Below, one piece after another: positions 16,455 through 33,210 of a stretch of 64,000 nucleotides of DNA. The first letter of the stretch is position 1. Every line of letters begins with the position of its first letter. Origin of the DNA: the human T2T-CHM13v2.0 reference genome, Homo sapiens; the NCBI RefSeq assembly GCF_009914755.1, contig NC_060931.1, one strand, 5' to 3'. The notes beneath the pieces are model-generated. The model was given only the letters and a program-made list of their open reading frames with translations, was not told the DNA's origin and ran no database searches. The translations under genes were made by a program, and so were the position numbers.

Positions 16455-17203
16455 AAATTGGGTCATTCTTATCACACCCACCTAAAACAGAGTTGGGAGG
16501 GGTGGAGGTAAAAAGCACCCGGGACACATAACATGGCTCCAGAAATGAAATTCTCTGCAAGCCCGGGCTGCGGACACTGCCAGCCGTAACCTGAAACCAG
16601 TTTTCTCTAACAGCTACTGAAACAATCTGCTATGACTGTAAGGTTAGTTTTACCCACCGCTGTCACTCACCAATCGGGGCTTGCCAGCTCCCCAAAACTT
16701 CACTGGTGACGGTCAACTTAAAGAACAATACGTAACACTTCTGTTTTAAAAATAAAACCTCAAACCTTTGTTCTTTGGACATAACGAAGACCACCCAGGT
16801 CTGTGTGTACGTCAAAAATTGTAATTCTTTGTTTTTTTTGAGGGGTCTTGTTCTGTTGCCCAGGCTCTAGTGCAGTGGCCCCATCATAGCTCACTGCAGC
16901 CTTGACCTCCCAGGCTCAAGAGAGCCTCCCACCTCAGCCTCCTGAGTAACTAGGACGACAGGCGTGTGCCACCACTCGCGGCTAATTTAATTTTTTTTTT
17001 TTTTTTTGTAGAGATAGGGTTTCACAATGTTGCCCAGGCTGGTCTCAAATTCCTGGGCCCAAGCAATCCTCCCCCCTCGGCCTCACAAAGTGCTGGGATT
17101 ACAGGTGTGAGCCACCGTGCCCAGCCCAAATTGCTGTTCTTACTTCTCAAGTAAAACTTCTGAATTGCAGAGATTCGTCTCTACAGTTTATTTGATGTCA
17201 ACA
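16455..17203 (+). mobile_element. ERV1-class solo LTR (subfamily uncertain) with an AluJ insertion (about 16828-17126, minus)
   Basis: LTR-like sequence with CCAAT and AATAAA, ending ...TGTCAACA. Confidence 0.6.
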
Positions 17204-18087
17204 ACTCCTATATATCCAGTGCCTGGCCCAGAGCTCAATAACAACCACCAACTGTGTGGAAGAGTCCGATCTGATTCTAACTCTACAGTAAAGGACGCCC
17301 CACAGTCATTGAGAGGCCACGAACACTGCAGCAGATGGCACAAGGTGGTCTGCTAGTCTCCTGCCTAACTCATCATCACAGCCTGGCCTATTAAGAACAA
17401 TTCCTTGCCAGAAGGGCCTCTCTCTAGCCTTACCCCATTGCAGCATCAGCTTACTGGTGGGTTTTGGCAAGAACCCGAAGTTAAGACGGGCACGGGAATG
17501 ATGCCTCCACGTCCGATCAGCGCCAGAAGGTGCTGCTGCGACCTCTTCTTCCCCGCTCCCCCCAGTCATTTCTTCCCTGCCTGGACTCACTCTGTGGGAA
17601 GTGATGGTATCTGAGGACTGCAATATGCTCCACGCCAGGCCCCCATCCATCACCAGCTTCCTGCTGGTTACCATGGAGACGGAATGTGGGGTCCCCACTG
17701 GGATGGCACATTCAGAGTCCCTGGGCGAGGGAGTATTTGTGGGCAAAGGGACACTGTGAGATCCAGGACCACCCAGAGTGGGGCCACGCAGAGGTCCACG
17801 CAGGCAAGAGAGGCCAAGGGGGAAGGAGGCAGCTGAGAAAAACTGCTGGATGTGCACAGAACTAAGGGCAGCATCCATGAACGTCTGGAAGACCAGACCA
17901 ACCGCACGTGGAACTCTGGTGAGCTGAAGAAACCAGACCCTGACTATGGCACAGAGGTCTGGGCGAGCTAAGAGGTCAGCAGCTTCTTAAGTCCACAGCC
18001 CACCGTGAAGATACCACGTGCCTTCCCAGGTAGGGAAACACTGGATAATCTCAATAGTCACTTCTGCAGCTATCTAAGACACGCCTT

Positions 18088-18685
18088 CATATATATATAT
18101 ATGTGTGTGTGTGTGTATACACATATACACACACACACACATATATAGGAGCAAATGATAGCATCCATAGGAAAGCTTAGTTCACAGCCTGCCACATAGA
18201 AACTCAATATATATCTCTCTCATATATTATATATGTAACAATATATATTATTGATATATGATAGATATATAATTATATGTAATATCATATAAATATACAT
18301 TATTGTATATAATATACAATTATATATTATATATTTATATGAAATATGTTATATATGATATATAATTAAGTATATATTTGCATTTTTAATTTATTATATT
18401 TTATTATATATTATACATAATGTATATCATATATATTTATAATTTTAAATTAAAATATATATTTCAATAAATATATATTTAAATATATAATATATAAAAA
18501 TAAATATAAATTTAACATATATTTTACTATATATTTATAATTATAAATATTTATATATAATATATATAATTTATATATAATATAATATAAATTTATTTAT
18601 AAATATAAATATATAATATATAATATAATAAAAATTTATATACAATATAAATTTATGAATATTTATAATTTATTGTAATTATTGT
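18088..18685. repeat. (TA)n(TG)n/(CA)n palindromic microsatellite and about 470 bp of AT-only low-complexity tract
   Basis: Seen directly; abuts the tail of a FLAM_C (about 18686-18805, minus). Confidence 0.92.
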
Positions 18686-19040
18686 TTTTTATGAGACGGT
18701 CTCGCTGTGTTGCCCAGGCTGGTCTTAAACCCCGGGGCTCAAGCGATCCTTCTGCCTCAGCCTCCCAAATAGCTGGAGTTACAGGAAGGCACCCCTGCCC
18801 CTGGCTTAGCGCAGGCCTCTAATGAGCCTAGCAGCATGCTGGATTTCTTTTGACAACGGAGGCTGGCCATAGGAAGGTAAGGAGAGAGTCTAGGAAGAGA
18901 CCAGGAACCTGGCTACACCTTAGTGGGGTCACCCTACACTCAGGATATGGGGCTCCGTTTTGTAAGCTCAAGGAATTTACTATTTCCTCCTTCATTCTGG
19001 TCACTGAATGCTTAAGAGGCTGACTCATAAACCATAATGC

Positions 19041-19347
19041 TTATTTATTTGGGACAGGGTCTTGCTCTGTCACCCAAGCTGGAGTGCAGTGGCACAATCA
19101 CAGCTCACTGCAGCCTTGACCTGGGCTCCAGCAATCCTCCCACCTCAGCCTCCTGAGTAGCTACTACTACAGGAGCTTGCCACCATGCCTGGCTAATTAA
19201 AGAAAAATTATTATTATTATTTTTTTTTGTAGAGATAGGGTCTCGTTATGTTGCCTAGGCTGGCCTTGAACACCTGGGCTCAAATGATCCTCTTGCCTTG
19301 GTCTCCCAAAGCTCTGGGATTACAGGCGGGAGCCACTGCACCTGGCC
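19041..19347 (-). mobile_element. AluJ
   Basis: Dimer. Confidence 0.9.
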
Positions 19348-19389
19348 CTAATTTACCTTTTTATTATAAGTGGCCATTTTCTTCTGGGG

Positions 19390-19628
19390 AAGCATGATAA
19401 AGTGGACTTTGGAGGGAGGCAGGCCTGGGTTTGAACCTGGCTCTACCACTTACTGGCTGAGTGAGGAGGGAAAGTGGCTTGAACTCTCCAAGCCTCGAAT
19501 GCTTTACCTGTCGAATGGGAGTGATGACAATATATAAATTTCACAGGGTTGCTTTAAGGAGCAAATGAAATCATACAAAAGAAAGCTTAGTTCAGGGCCT
19601 GCCACATAGAAACTCAATAAATATTTCC
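19390..19628 (+). mobile_element. MIR
   Basis: GGACTTTGGAG...CCTGGGTTTGAACCTGGCTCTACCACTTACTGGCTG...ACTCAATAAATATT. Confidence 0.8.
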
Positions 19629-20788
19629 TGTTAACTACACAGAACTGTGTCCCTAGGAGACAGTGTGTTTAGTCAAAAAAAAAAAAAAAAAACCAAAAAA
19701 CAGTGAGGAGTGGGGTGTGTGATGTGACCAAATGGATTGGTAAGCCTGGTATCACAGGACTTCTCAGATCCTTTGCACATGAATCTTGCTAAGGAAGGTG
19801 CAGCACGCAGCATTTCCCAGCTTATCTGACCATGGCACCCTTGGTTCATGGAGCAACTCACGAACTAGTGTTCTGTGTGGCATACACTTTGAGAAACATC
19901 ATCACAGGCCATGTGTCCATCAACCTGGAGAAGCTGATGAACTCACGTGCACTCTGGGGATGCATCTGTTCAGAGAATGTGGACTGGTCGGTAGCATCAG
20001 GCCATTCCCTCCCCAGGAAAGTGGAGGGGAAAAGCACATGCACAAGTCTTACTCTTGGACAAGAACACCGTCTTCAGTCATGGCACCAATATCCATGATG
20101 GATAAGCTCAGTGAATGAGATCACTTTGCATTCATTTACATTCTGGCTTGGAGTCTACTGATGAGGTGTGGGAAGGACCCAGTCACTGCGGAAACTCGGC
20201 TCAATTCATCTTTTAGGGCAAGTGATCCCTGCTGGGAATCGCTCATTCATTTCTCTTCAATTCCTATCAGGTGGAATTTCAGGGCATGGCATTTTCTGAG
20301 CCTGCTCCCAAATTCTGGAAAGAGGGAGGGAGTGGGTGGAAGTGCAGAGGGCTTGGGACAAGATAGTCAAACAAGCTCTACTGCAACCAGCAGGGTGGCC
20401 TGGCCCAGAGCACGATAAACCATCAAGATACTTCCCTGCCTATGAAATCAAAACCATAACAGCTCCTCCAACTGTGGGTGGTGAGTTAATATTTATACAC
20501 TCTATAGATTTATTCTAGAAGAGGAAACTGAGGAACTCTCCTAGAATCCAGCAGAAAAAGGTGGTGGTGGGTGGAGCTGGACAGGATAAAAGAAAAGCTA
20601 AGTGGAAGACAGATTGAGAAGTTGCAACGGTTGTCTTACAGGTGATACAGATGGAGAAAATTAAAAGAATGGAGAGGAAGAGAAATTCAAAGAAACTCTA
20701 GAAAAAAAATCCCAGAATTGAAAAAATATAGGAATCCTAAGCTCAAATAATGCAATGGTTTCCATGCCAGTGAGTGCATGTGCACAGC

Positions 20789-21625
20789 TGTACGGTAAGT
20801 CCTCAGTCGGCATTGCCCACTCGTTCTTAGAAACTGCAATTTTAAGCAAAATGACCTGTAAGGCAATGAATTTTACCATAGGCTAATGATTACAAACAGG
20901 AATTAAGTTTCTACTCACAAAAACATCACCAAACAACAGCAACAACTACTACTACAACTTCTTCTTTTTCCTCCTCCTCTTCCTCCTCTTCCTCCTCCTC
21001 CTCCTCCTCCTCCTCTTCTTCTTCTTCTTTCTTCTTTCTTCTTCTGTCTCACTCTGTTACCCAGGCTGGAATGCGGTGCTGGAATCATGGCATACTCACT
21101 GTAGCTTTGACCTCCCAGGCTCAAGTGATCCTCCTGCCTTAGCCTCAAAAAGTGCTGGGATTTCAGGCATCAGCCATTGTACCTGGCCTACCAAACTTCT
21201 CAAGACCAAAACACTTCTAGTATTAAACATGGAAATAAATGTGCACTATACATAGAATAAATATGAGCTTAAGAAAGATTCATTAAGAACAGCAAATAAT
21301 TATTTACCCATTTATTGCAGTTAAGGGTCTTGGGTGGTCAGAGCCCATCCCAGCAGCTCAGGACACAAGATGGGCACCAGCCCAGGATAGGACACCATCG
21401 CGGGGCATCTCTCACACCCCACACTCACTCAGACTGCAGCCATGTAGACGCACCAATGAACCTAATATGCACACCTTTGGGATACGAGAGGAAACCGCAA
21501 TACCCAGAGAAAACCCACACAGACGTAGGGAGACTCACAGACTCCACACAGGCAGTGGTCCCAGCCAGGAATCAACTTTTTTTCCCATTGACATTATAAT
21601 GAAACAACATTGAATGAAATGACAT
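20789..21625 (+). mobile_element. MER6 (TcMar-Tigger) containing a short Alu (about 21045-21188, minus) and its trinucleotide microsatellite tail (20930-21045)
   Basis: CGGTAAGTCCTCA...TTCTTAGAAACTGC...TACCCAGAGAAAACCCACACAGAC signature. Confidence 0.75.
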
Positions 21626-21879
21626 CAATACCCTCCTCTGAAAAACTCAGACTTCAGCTTGGAAGACAAACCAATACACCAGAGAATCAGAAAACAAGAA
21701 GACAATTGTACATCTTGATTTTAGCTTCTGACCAATTTTCTATGATAACCTTGAGAACAAGATGATAGAATTGGGACTGACTGGTTTTCCTCATAGGTGA
21801 ACGCACAGGTGGTTGAACAGCATTACCTAAATAGTATTGATAATAGTGTTTTCTTTGTGCTGAATACATTTTAGACCTT

Positions 21880-22140
21880 GGAGAATGTCTAAGGGGTTAG
21901 ACGAAAGAGCTCATTTCTGGACCCTGTTTTGTTCAACACCTTTGGCAATGATGTGTGTGATGACATACAGGAGAACCTTATCAGATTTGCAGGTCACATA
22001 AAGTTGGGAAAAATGGTTAATATGATAAATGCACTCATCAATATTCAAAAAGACTTGACAGGCAAGAAGATAGGGCCCAAACCACAAGATGGAATTCAAC
22101 AGAAATTAACGTAAAGTGCTGAATTTTGCCTTAAAATTTT
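21880..22140 (+). mobile_element. CR1/L3 LINE reverse-transcriptase relic
   Basis: ORF 21929-22114 reads (L)FNTFGND...LIRFAGHIKLG...IQKDL, resembling CR1 RT LFNIFIND...LIKFADDTKLG...IQxDL. Confidence 0.8.
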
Positions 22141-22183
22141 GCCCAAGGGCAGGATGGGGGAGAATTGGCTTGGCAGAGGCTTA

Positions 22184-22412
22184 GGAAGGAAGGAAGGAAG
22201 GAAGGAAGGAGGGAGGGAGGGAGGGAGGGAAGGAAGGAAGGAAGGAAAGAAGGACGGAAGGAAGGAAGGAAGGAAGGAAGGAAGGACTGACTTTATCAGA
22301 TTTTAGCTGGTCACACAAAGTTGGGAAAGATGGTTAATATAACAAAGGAGGAAGGAAAACAGGAAGGAAAAAAAAAGAAAGAAAAAGGAAGGAAAGAAGG
22401 AAAGGGAAGAAA
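22184..22412 (+). repeat. (GGAA)n/(GGGA)n polypurine microsatellite
   Basis: Seen directly; interrupted by a 48-bp duplicated segment. Confidence 0.92.
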
Positions 22413-23206
22413 AACACTGTGGGCTTTTAATTAACTAAATGTTCAATGTGACCCGGTAATGTAATAAGTGACACTTAAACCATAAGGGCAGATTATACGA
22501 AGAAGGCAAACTGTAGATGCTGTAATTTCTCCCTTCTCTCCCACTCCCAACCCAGTGGATACAAAATTATGAGAAATCATTTTATCGCTAGCAGACAGGA
22601 TCGAGCTGAAAGAGAAAACCCAAGTCCGGAGGCTGCAGGAAAGACCAACTCCAAGACCGCAGACACCAGATACAAAGGATAGCTCTAGGGTGACAAGTTA
22701 GAGCTCTGCCTGAGACAGGGACAGCTGCCCGGGTTGAACCTCCTGCAAACTCCCCTCACCCCATTCCATGGCCAGGCAGCACCCCAGGGAGATGTCTTCC
22801 CTCCTGCAGGCAGACTGCGGGCCTGGCGGTCAGAGAGGCACGACGGTGCTTGCGGGGAGGGTTGGGCTGTGCAGGTGAGACCCAGGAGGAACAGGAAGCC
22901 TCAGATTCTAGAAAAGGAGTCCCTACAACGCAGCAGGGATCATCTCGTGCTCACCAAAAGGCCGCAGGCACAGATACAGTCAGAGCTGACCATTTGGAGA
23001 GGATGCCCAATGTGAACGTGGTCCTCTCCCCAGGAAACACTAGACACTGGAGGAAAGCCAACGCCGTAAGAGAAACAACCAAGCACGGTCAAGGAAAGCG
23101 TTCACAGGGCCAGCAGAACAAGCCATTAGATTGTGCGTGCTTCATGTCCTCAGAAAGACGCAAGAGAGCATTGGCTCCACAAATAGAAATTAAAACAAAA
23201 CATCAC

Positions 23207-23606
<400 letters not shown>

Positions 23607-24254
23607 TTAGCAGATGGAATTGAGGAATTCTCCCACAATCCAGAGAAAAAAGGCATTGGGGGTGGCCTGGATAGGATAAAAGAAAAGTTAAAGAGATGTG
23701 GGAGATAGATCCGGAAGTTCCCACGTTTGTCTTACAGGTGACCTAGCAGGAGAAAATGAAAAGAACAGAGAGGAAGATAAACTCAACAAAACTCTAGAAG
23801 AAAAGCTCCCAGAATTGAAAAAAGATATGAATCCTGAGCTCAGAAAGATGCACAAAGTGCCCGGAAGAACGAAGGGGAAAAAAAAAAAACCACAGCAATT
23901 CACGTGATGCTGAAGTCTCAGATGCCAGGCTTGCGAGAAAAAGTCTTGAAAGCTTGCAGGGATCTGTTACCTGCAAAGCTATAGAATCAGATGGATCAAT
24001 TGGCAATACCTGGTCCAAGAAGACAGTATCTTTAACATTCTAAGGAAAAACAATTTTGAAACTAGAATTCTATATTTAGCTCGACAATGATTTCAAGTAT
24101 AAACATAGAAAAAAAAATTTCACACATGCAAGGACTGAAAAAGTTTCCCATCCATAGACGTTCAATGAAACCATCACCAAAAGCAGTACATCGGCAAGGA
24201 GGAAGAAAGACTCCAAGGGGAAGAAATAGGATATAAGGAACAATGGTAGTTGCC

Positions 24255-24420
24255 TGTTATGGACTGCACAGCATCCCCCCGAAGGCATAAGTTGAAGTCC
24301 TAACCTTCCGTAGCTCAGAATGTGACTGTATTTGGAGATAAGTTCTTTAAAGAGGTAACTAAGCTGAAATGAGAGTTAAGTGGAGCCCTAATCCAATCTG
24401 CCTGCTGTCCTTATATGAGA
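24255..24420 (+). mobile_element. MLT1B fragment
   Basis: GTTGAAGTCCTAACC...CAGAATGTGACTGTATTTGGAGATA. Confidence 0.75.
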
Positions 24421-24425
24421 ATACG

Positions 24426-24503
24426 TTAGGTTCGTGCAAAAGTAATTCCAATCCTTGCCATTATATAATGGTAAGAACCACAATTACTTTTGCACCAACC
24501 TAA
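24426..24503. mobile_element. MADE1 (Hsmar1 MITE)
   Basis: TTAGGTTCGTGCAAAAGTAATT...AATTACTTTTGCACCAACCTAA inverted termini, about 80 bp. Confidence 0.92.
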
Positions 24504-24544
24504 TATAATTTGAGGAAAAAAGCATGAAAAGTAACTAGGAAGAT

Positions 24545-24910
<366 letters not shown>

Positions 24911-26037
24911 TGATAGAAATACAGGAAGAAATCGGTAAAGACATTGCCACAGTAAAGAGACTTCCTGCAGTCCTCTGAGACGGGGACGGCAAGTACAGGG
25001 AGAGATGATTCAAATAGTTAGCATGTTTGCTCTAATAGAGCTACAGAACTCTGTACCCAACAAATAGAAGAAAAAAAACTCTTTTCAATTACACATGGAA
25101 ATTCTACAAAAATTCAACACAGATTAGCCACAAAGGAAATTTCAAGTAATAATGAAACGCAGAAATAGCATATGGCATATTTGCTGACAAAGACATAATA
25201 AAATTTTTAAAATGACAAAAGAATACCCCCTCTAATCTATAAACCAGAATATTTACAATTATTTAAAAATGAACCATAACGAGAGCAGAAACTGCTAGAA
25301 TCAATATGAGAGTGCAATAAGGTGGCTAAATCCAAAGTCAACTTGCATCTCTCCAGATATTAAAACATATTATAAGACTACAGGCCACAGTGGCACAGAA
25401 ACAGATAATTAGATGAATGAACAAAAGTCTAGCAGACAGCCAGTGTAGGTGTAAAAATTTAGTGTATGATTAGGGTGACATTTCAAACCAAGGTAGAAAT
25501 TCAAGTGCTGATGGATAATTGGCTAACGATTCAGAAAAAATTACGTTCCTACCTGCCCCTTTGCATAATTTGCAGATAGATGAATGATTTATAAATGAAA
25601 TAATAAATTCCAAAGTATTAGAAGAAAAAAAACTGTTAAATACGCCGATAACCTTCATATAGGAAAGGCCTTCCTAAAGAAGGCATGGTATGCTAATGTC
25701 ATTTAGGAAAAGATTGATGCCTTCGCGTACATTGTAATTTATAACTTCTATGTGGTGAGAAACAGCACGACGAAGTTAAAGTGTAAGTTATGGTCCAGGA
25801 AAACATCTGTAATATATGAAATAGAGATTAATGTGCAGACTGTCAATAAGAAAGAGACAAGGCACGTGGTGGGAAAGAAAAGGAGGAAACTGAGCAGGAA
25901 TTCACAGAACTTTACACAACCAATGAACATGGCAGTGGTAATTAGGCTCACTAACAAAGAAAAAAATTGGAACATTGAGATTCCATTCTGCGCTTGAGCT
26001 GGAGCTGCAAAAGAGGAGTGAGAAAAGAGCTCACCTC

Positions 26038-26228
26038 CACCAGGCACTGTGGCTCATGCCTGTAATCCCAGCACTTTGGGAGGCCGAGGCAGAGGATCGC
26101 TTGAGCCCAGGAGCTCAAGACCAGCCTGGGCAACATAGTGGGACCCCCCCATCTCTACAAAAAAGAGTCAAAAAATGAGATGAGAAGATGGTTTGAGACT
26201 GGGAGGTTGAGGCTGCAATGAGCAGTGA
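26038..26228 (+). mobile_element. Partial AluJ
   Basis: Left arm plus a degraded right arm. Confidence 0.8.
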
Positions 26229-26626
26229 TATCCATTCACTTAATCCCACAACAACCCTGTGAAGTGATTTTTTTTATTTTTAATTTTGAGATGGGTCTCA
26301 CTCCGATCACCCAGGCAGGCTGGAGTGCAATGGTGCAATCACTGCTCGTTGGTACTAGCAGTTTCTGCTCTCATTATGGTACAGTACCTGGGACAGGATC
26401 GGCGGCCAGTAAGCATAGGCAGTTGCTATCATTATCATCAGCATGTTTCCACCATCTGAGTGGCTAACATTTTCAAGCTGGATAATACACAGTTTTGGCA
26501 AGGGTGCAGGGAAAAAAAAGGACTCTCCCGCTGTCTTGAGGGGAATCTAAATGGGTCCGGCCAGTTTTTGAGGGCAATTTGGCAATATCCATGAACACAT
26601 GCCACCACACATCTGACACTGGGTGC

Positions 26627-26997
26627 TGCTGTGTGATTGTGTCTCCCTGAAATCCTATGTTGAGATCCTAATCCCAAGGAGATGGTATTAGGAGATGAGG
26701 GAGAGTACCTCACCCTTGGGAGTCGGTTAGGTCAGGGGGTGCTGAATCCTTGGGGATGGGATTAGGACACTTATAAGAGAGTCCCCAGAGAAATATCCTA
26801 GAGAGACCCCTTGCCCGTTTCACCATGGGAGGACATGGCCAGAAGGCACCGTCTATGACGAAGCAGGCCCTCACCAGACACTAAATGCCTTGTTCTTGGA
26901 CTTCTCATCCTCCAGAACCATAAGAAATAAATGTTTGTTGTTTGTAAGCTGCCCAGTCTATAATATTCTGTTATAGCAGCCTGAATGAACTAAGATG
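26627..26997 (+). mobile_element. MLT1A solo LTR
   Basis: ATGTTGAGATCCTAATCCC...AATAAATGTTTGTTG...ATAGCAGCCTGAATGAACTAAGA. Confidence 0.8.
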
Positions 26998-27118
26998 CCC
27001 AGGAATTCCTATTTGGCGCCCAACCTAGAGAAATATTCAACCCTCTGCACATCCATGGACACACAAAGGACAGCAAAAGGTTGGAAGCCATCTTAAATGC
27101 CCATTAGAGAAACCACAC

Positions 27119-27415
27119 TTTTTTGTTTTTTTTGAGACGGAGTCTTGCTCTGTCACCTAGGCTGGAGTGCAGTTGTGCGATCTTGGCTCACCGCAACCTC
27201 CGCCTCCTGGGTTCCAGCGATTCTCCTGCCTCAGCCTCTTGAGTAGTTGGGACTACAGGTGCCCACCACCACACCTGGCTAATTTTTGTATTTTTAGTAC
27301 AGATGGGGTTTCACCATGTTGGCCAGGCTGTTCTCGAACTCCTGACCTCAGGTGATGCACCCACCTCGGCCTCCCAAAGTGCTGGGATTACAGGTCTGAG
27401 CCTCTGTGCCCAGCC
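27119..27415 (-). mobile_element. AluS
   Basis: Dimer. Confidence 0.9.
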
Positions 27416-28489
27416 TCATATGGTAATTTTGTGTTTAACTTTTGCCAAAACTGCCCAGCTGTTTTCCATGGCAGCTGCACCATATTACATTCACACCATG
27501 ATTTCTTCTTTAATCACAAAATGCAAGAGAAATTCTGGGAAGGGAGTGGGAATGCCAGAGGGAGCAGCTAGGAAAGGAAAGGTTTGTTGGGCATCAGTGA
27601 GTGTGCAGGAGGGTAGAATCTGCCCAGGCCAAGAGGAAGGCAGGCAGGCAGGCCAGTGTTCAGACAGGAGCAGAGCCAGGCAGGGCCTGGAGAGGGAGTG
27701 GGCTGGGCCTATGTCTGGGCAAAGAGCTGGGCTTGAGTGCATAAAGTCACGGGGAAGTCTATTTAACAGCAGTGGCCGGGAAGGGGTGTTGAAGTCTTTT
27801 ATGCAGAGGCCGGCCTCAAGCACGGGCCCAGCCCACCATCTGGTCACCTGCAGAAGGACCCCTTTGCCCCTTCCCTTTTAGGTGCATCCTGGAATCTACT
27901 GGAAGACGCAGGAGGGTGAGAGGGCAGTGGCAGGCTGGATAATGAGGTCGCTGGTCCTCCTGACCCTGCGGTGCAAAGGCAGGGCGCCCGGAACTGTCAT
28001 CATCTGCTTCCAACTGTCATAAAAGAGATGTGGCGAGTGGGGAGGACATCAAACTAAGTTTAACATGCAATTGAACCAGGGACTGAGCTGGCTCCTGCGT
28101 CTTCTCTCTCTGACTTTAAAATGAACTCCCGGAAGCTCCAGCGGTGGAGCTCAGCACCGTGCCCACAGAGGAGCTCAATAATAGGGGGGATGACAGCGGC
28201 GGTGGTGAGGGCACAGGACGGAACGGCAGGCCCTTCAGTGCTGCCCTGGAGACCCGCGGGCTGCACACACATCAGAAACATCTCTGTGGAGCCCCCGAGG
28301 CCTGCATTGCCGCAAGCGGGAAAATGGATTGTTGCACCAGCATTTCTGGTGGCCAGCGACAGGGTCTGCCTCCCATCCTGTGGACGGAAGCCCAGGAGTT
28401 CAAGGCTCCAGACTTGGAGGCAGGAGTCACTCCAGAGCAGGGAGGGACCAGCAAGCCTCTGTATGAGTTTCCTGGGATTCATGTGTTAA

Positions 28490-29165
<676 letters not shown>

Positions 29166-29362
29166 GCAACATATGGATCTGGGGGGAGACAGCAGCCCAT
29201 GATCCCCCACGGGGGCTTTGGCACTGGAGTGGCCCCAGGCCTGCCTTCTCCTCACCTGGCTGCATCAGGTAACTCTGGCTGGCAACACTTCCAGACTCTC
29301 ATTCCAGAACCACCCCAGGGAAATAACAGAATGTGTTGAGACTCTTACTGTTGATAGCAGCC

Positions 29363-29650
29363 GGCTGGGTATGGTGGCCCACACCTGTGAACTTTGGGAG
29401 GCTGAGGAAGGAGGATCGCTTAGGCCAGGAGTTCGAGACCAGCTTGGGCAACAAAGTGAGACCTCATCTCTACCAAATATTTTAAAATTAGCCGGGGATG
29501 GTGGCACACATCTGTAGTCCCAGCTACTCAGGAGGCTGATGTGGGAGGATCGCTTGAACCCAGGAGTTCAAGGCTGCAGTAGGCTGTGATCAAGCCACTG
29601 CACTCTAGCCTGGGTGACAGAGCAAGACCCTGTCTCTAATAAAAGAAAAG
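29363..29650 (+). mobile_element. AluJ
   Basis: Dimer. Confidence 0.9.
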
Positions 29651-29706
29651 ATAGCAGTATTAGCCACTTGACCCTTCCCGTGGGGCTGTGTCCAGGAATC
29701 GCAAAC

Positions 29707-30544
<838 letters not shown>

Positions 30545-30978
30545 AAATCACCCTCACCGCACCCTCCATGAAATCTCACAGCATCTCAGTGGAAATTTAG
30601 GTGAGCATCCAATTGGCAGGTAAGAAACGGTCCTGGAGAACCAGACTCAGAGCATCCTCCATCTTCCACGTGTTTATTGGACACCACAAGGTTCATAGAA
30701 AAAGGTAGAAATTGGATGCACAGCCAGCAGGATGGGCATGGCGGCCAGTGGGGTCCTGCTTTACCTCCAAGGGGGATGGGCTGCCCAGCTCAGGCTGCCC
30801 AGGAGGGAGAGTGTGGACAACCTGGACCCTGTAGATCAAACAGGACGCTGGAGGTGCCAAGCCATGAGTGCCTGCGAGAAACATCAGGAGGAAACAGGGC
30901 TTTTGTATTTCTTTCCACATCAGTCCTGGGTCCCACTAAGGCTACTGGAATGATTGATTTTTGGTTTGGCAGTACTGT

Positions 30979-32090
<1,112 letters not shown>

Positions 32091-32409
32091 TGCAACATAG
32101 TCACCCTGCAACATCGTCACCCTGGGCCTGAGCTTGCCAGCAAAGATGGCGGCGTGGGAGGAAATGGACGTTGTGACCAGTGCGGGCTCCTGGCTGAGAA
32201 CACAGCCCGGCCTTCCTCAGACACTGTGACTCAGGTGCACACTAAACACAGGGGGAGAACTGGTGTGGGGCACAGCGGAGACCCTTCCTCTCTGAGCACC
32301 ATGAAATCATGTCAAACCTGGAAACTTCTGGCAACCCATCAGATGACGCAAAACATTGAGAGCTTCAACTGAATCCAAGGTCCCAGGAAAACAAGGTTCT
32401 GGGACATTA

Positions 32410-32668
<259 letters not shown>

Positions 32669-32819
32669 TCTGTGCTCTTGGAACTACATGTCATTTACGT
32701 TACATGTGCAGAAATCTACTCATTGCCCTGAAGGGCTGTTTCCTAATCTCCAGAATGTTCTCCCACGTTCAGGCTGGGAACTTTTTAAGGGCAGGGCCTG
32801 TTTTGTGCTGTCTTTGCAT

Positions 32820-33210
32820 CTCTTTGGCATGTGTTAGGATCACTTGTGGAGTTTTTAAAAATCCATTACCCCAAATAATGAAGCAATTAGTTGTGGTAGG
32901 GCCTAGGCAATGGCAATTTTAAAAGAGGATTCTGACCGGCAGCCAGGGCTGGGAACCATTGCACCAGAGCCCCTGGCTTTAACAAGGACCCACATGAAGT
33001 GTGAGAGGAGAGGCAGCAGAGGAGAAAGGGGGCCCAGGTGAAGCTTGTGGACTGAGCAGAGCTTCTCCAGGTTTACTGTGTGTAGGAACCCTCTGGGCTC
33101 TTGTTGAAGTCATTCACAAGGTCTGCGGTGGGGCCTGAGAGTCTGCATTTCCAACACAGGCCCAAGAGACGTCAGTGCTGCTGCTCTGAGGACCACACTT
33201 TGAGGAGTAA
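32820..33210. mobile_element. MER5-type hAT-Charlie fragments
   Basis: GGGGCCTGAGAGTCTGCATTTCCAACA...GACCACACTTTGAG. Confidence 0.6.
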
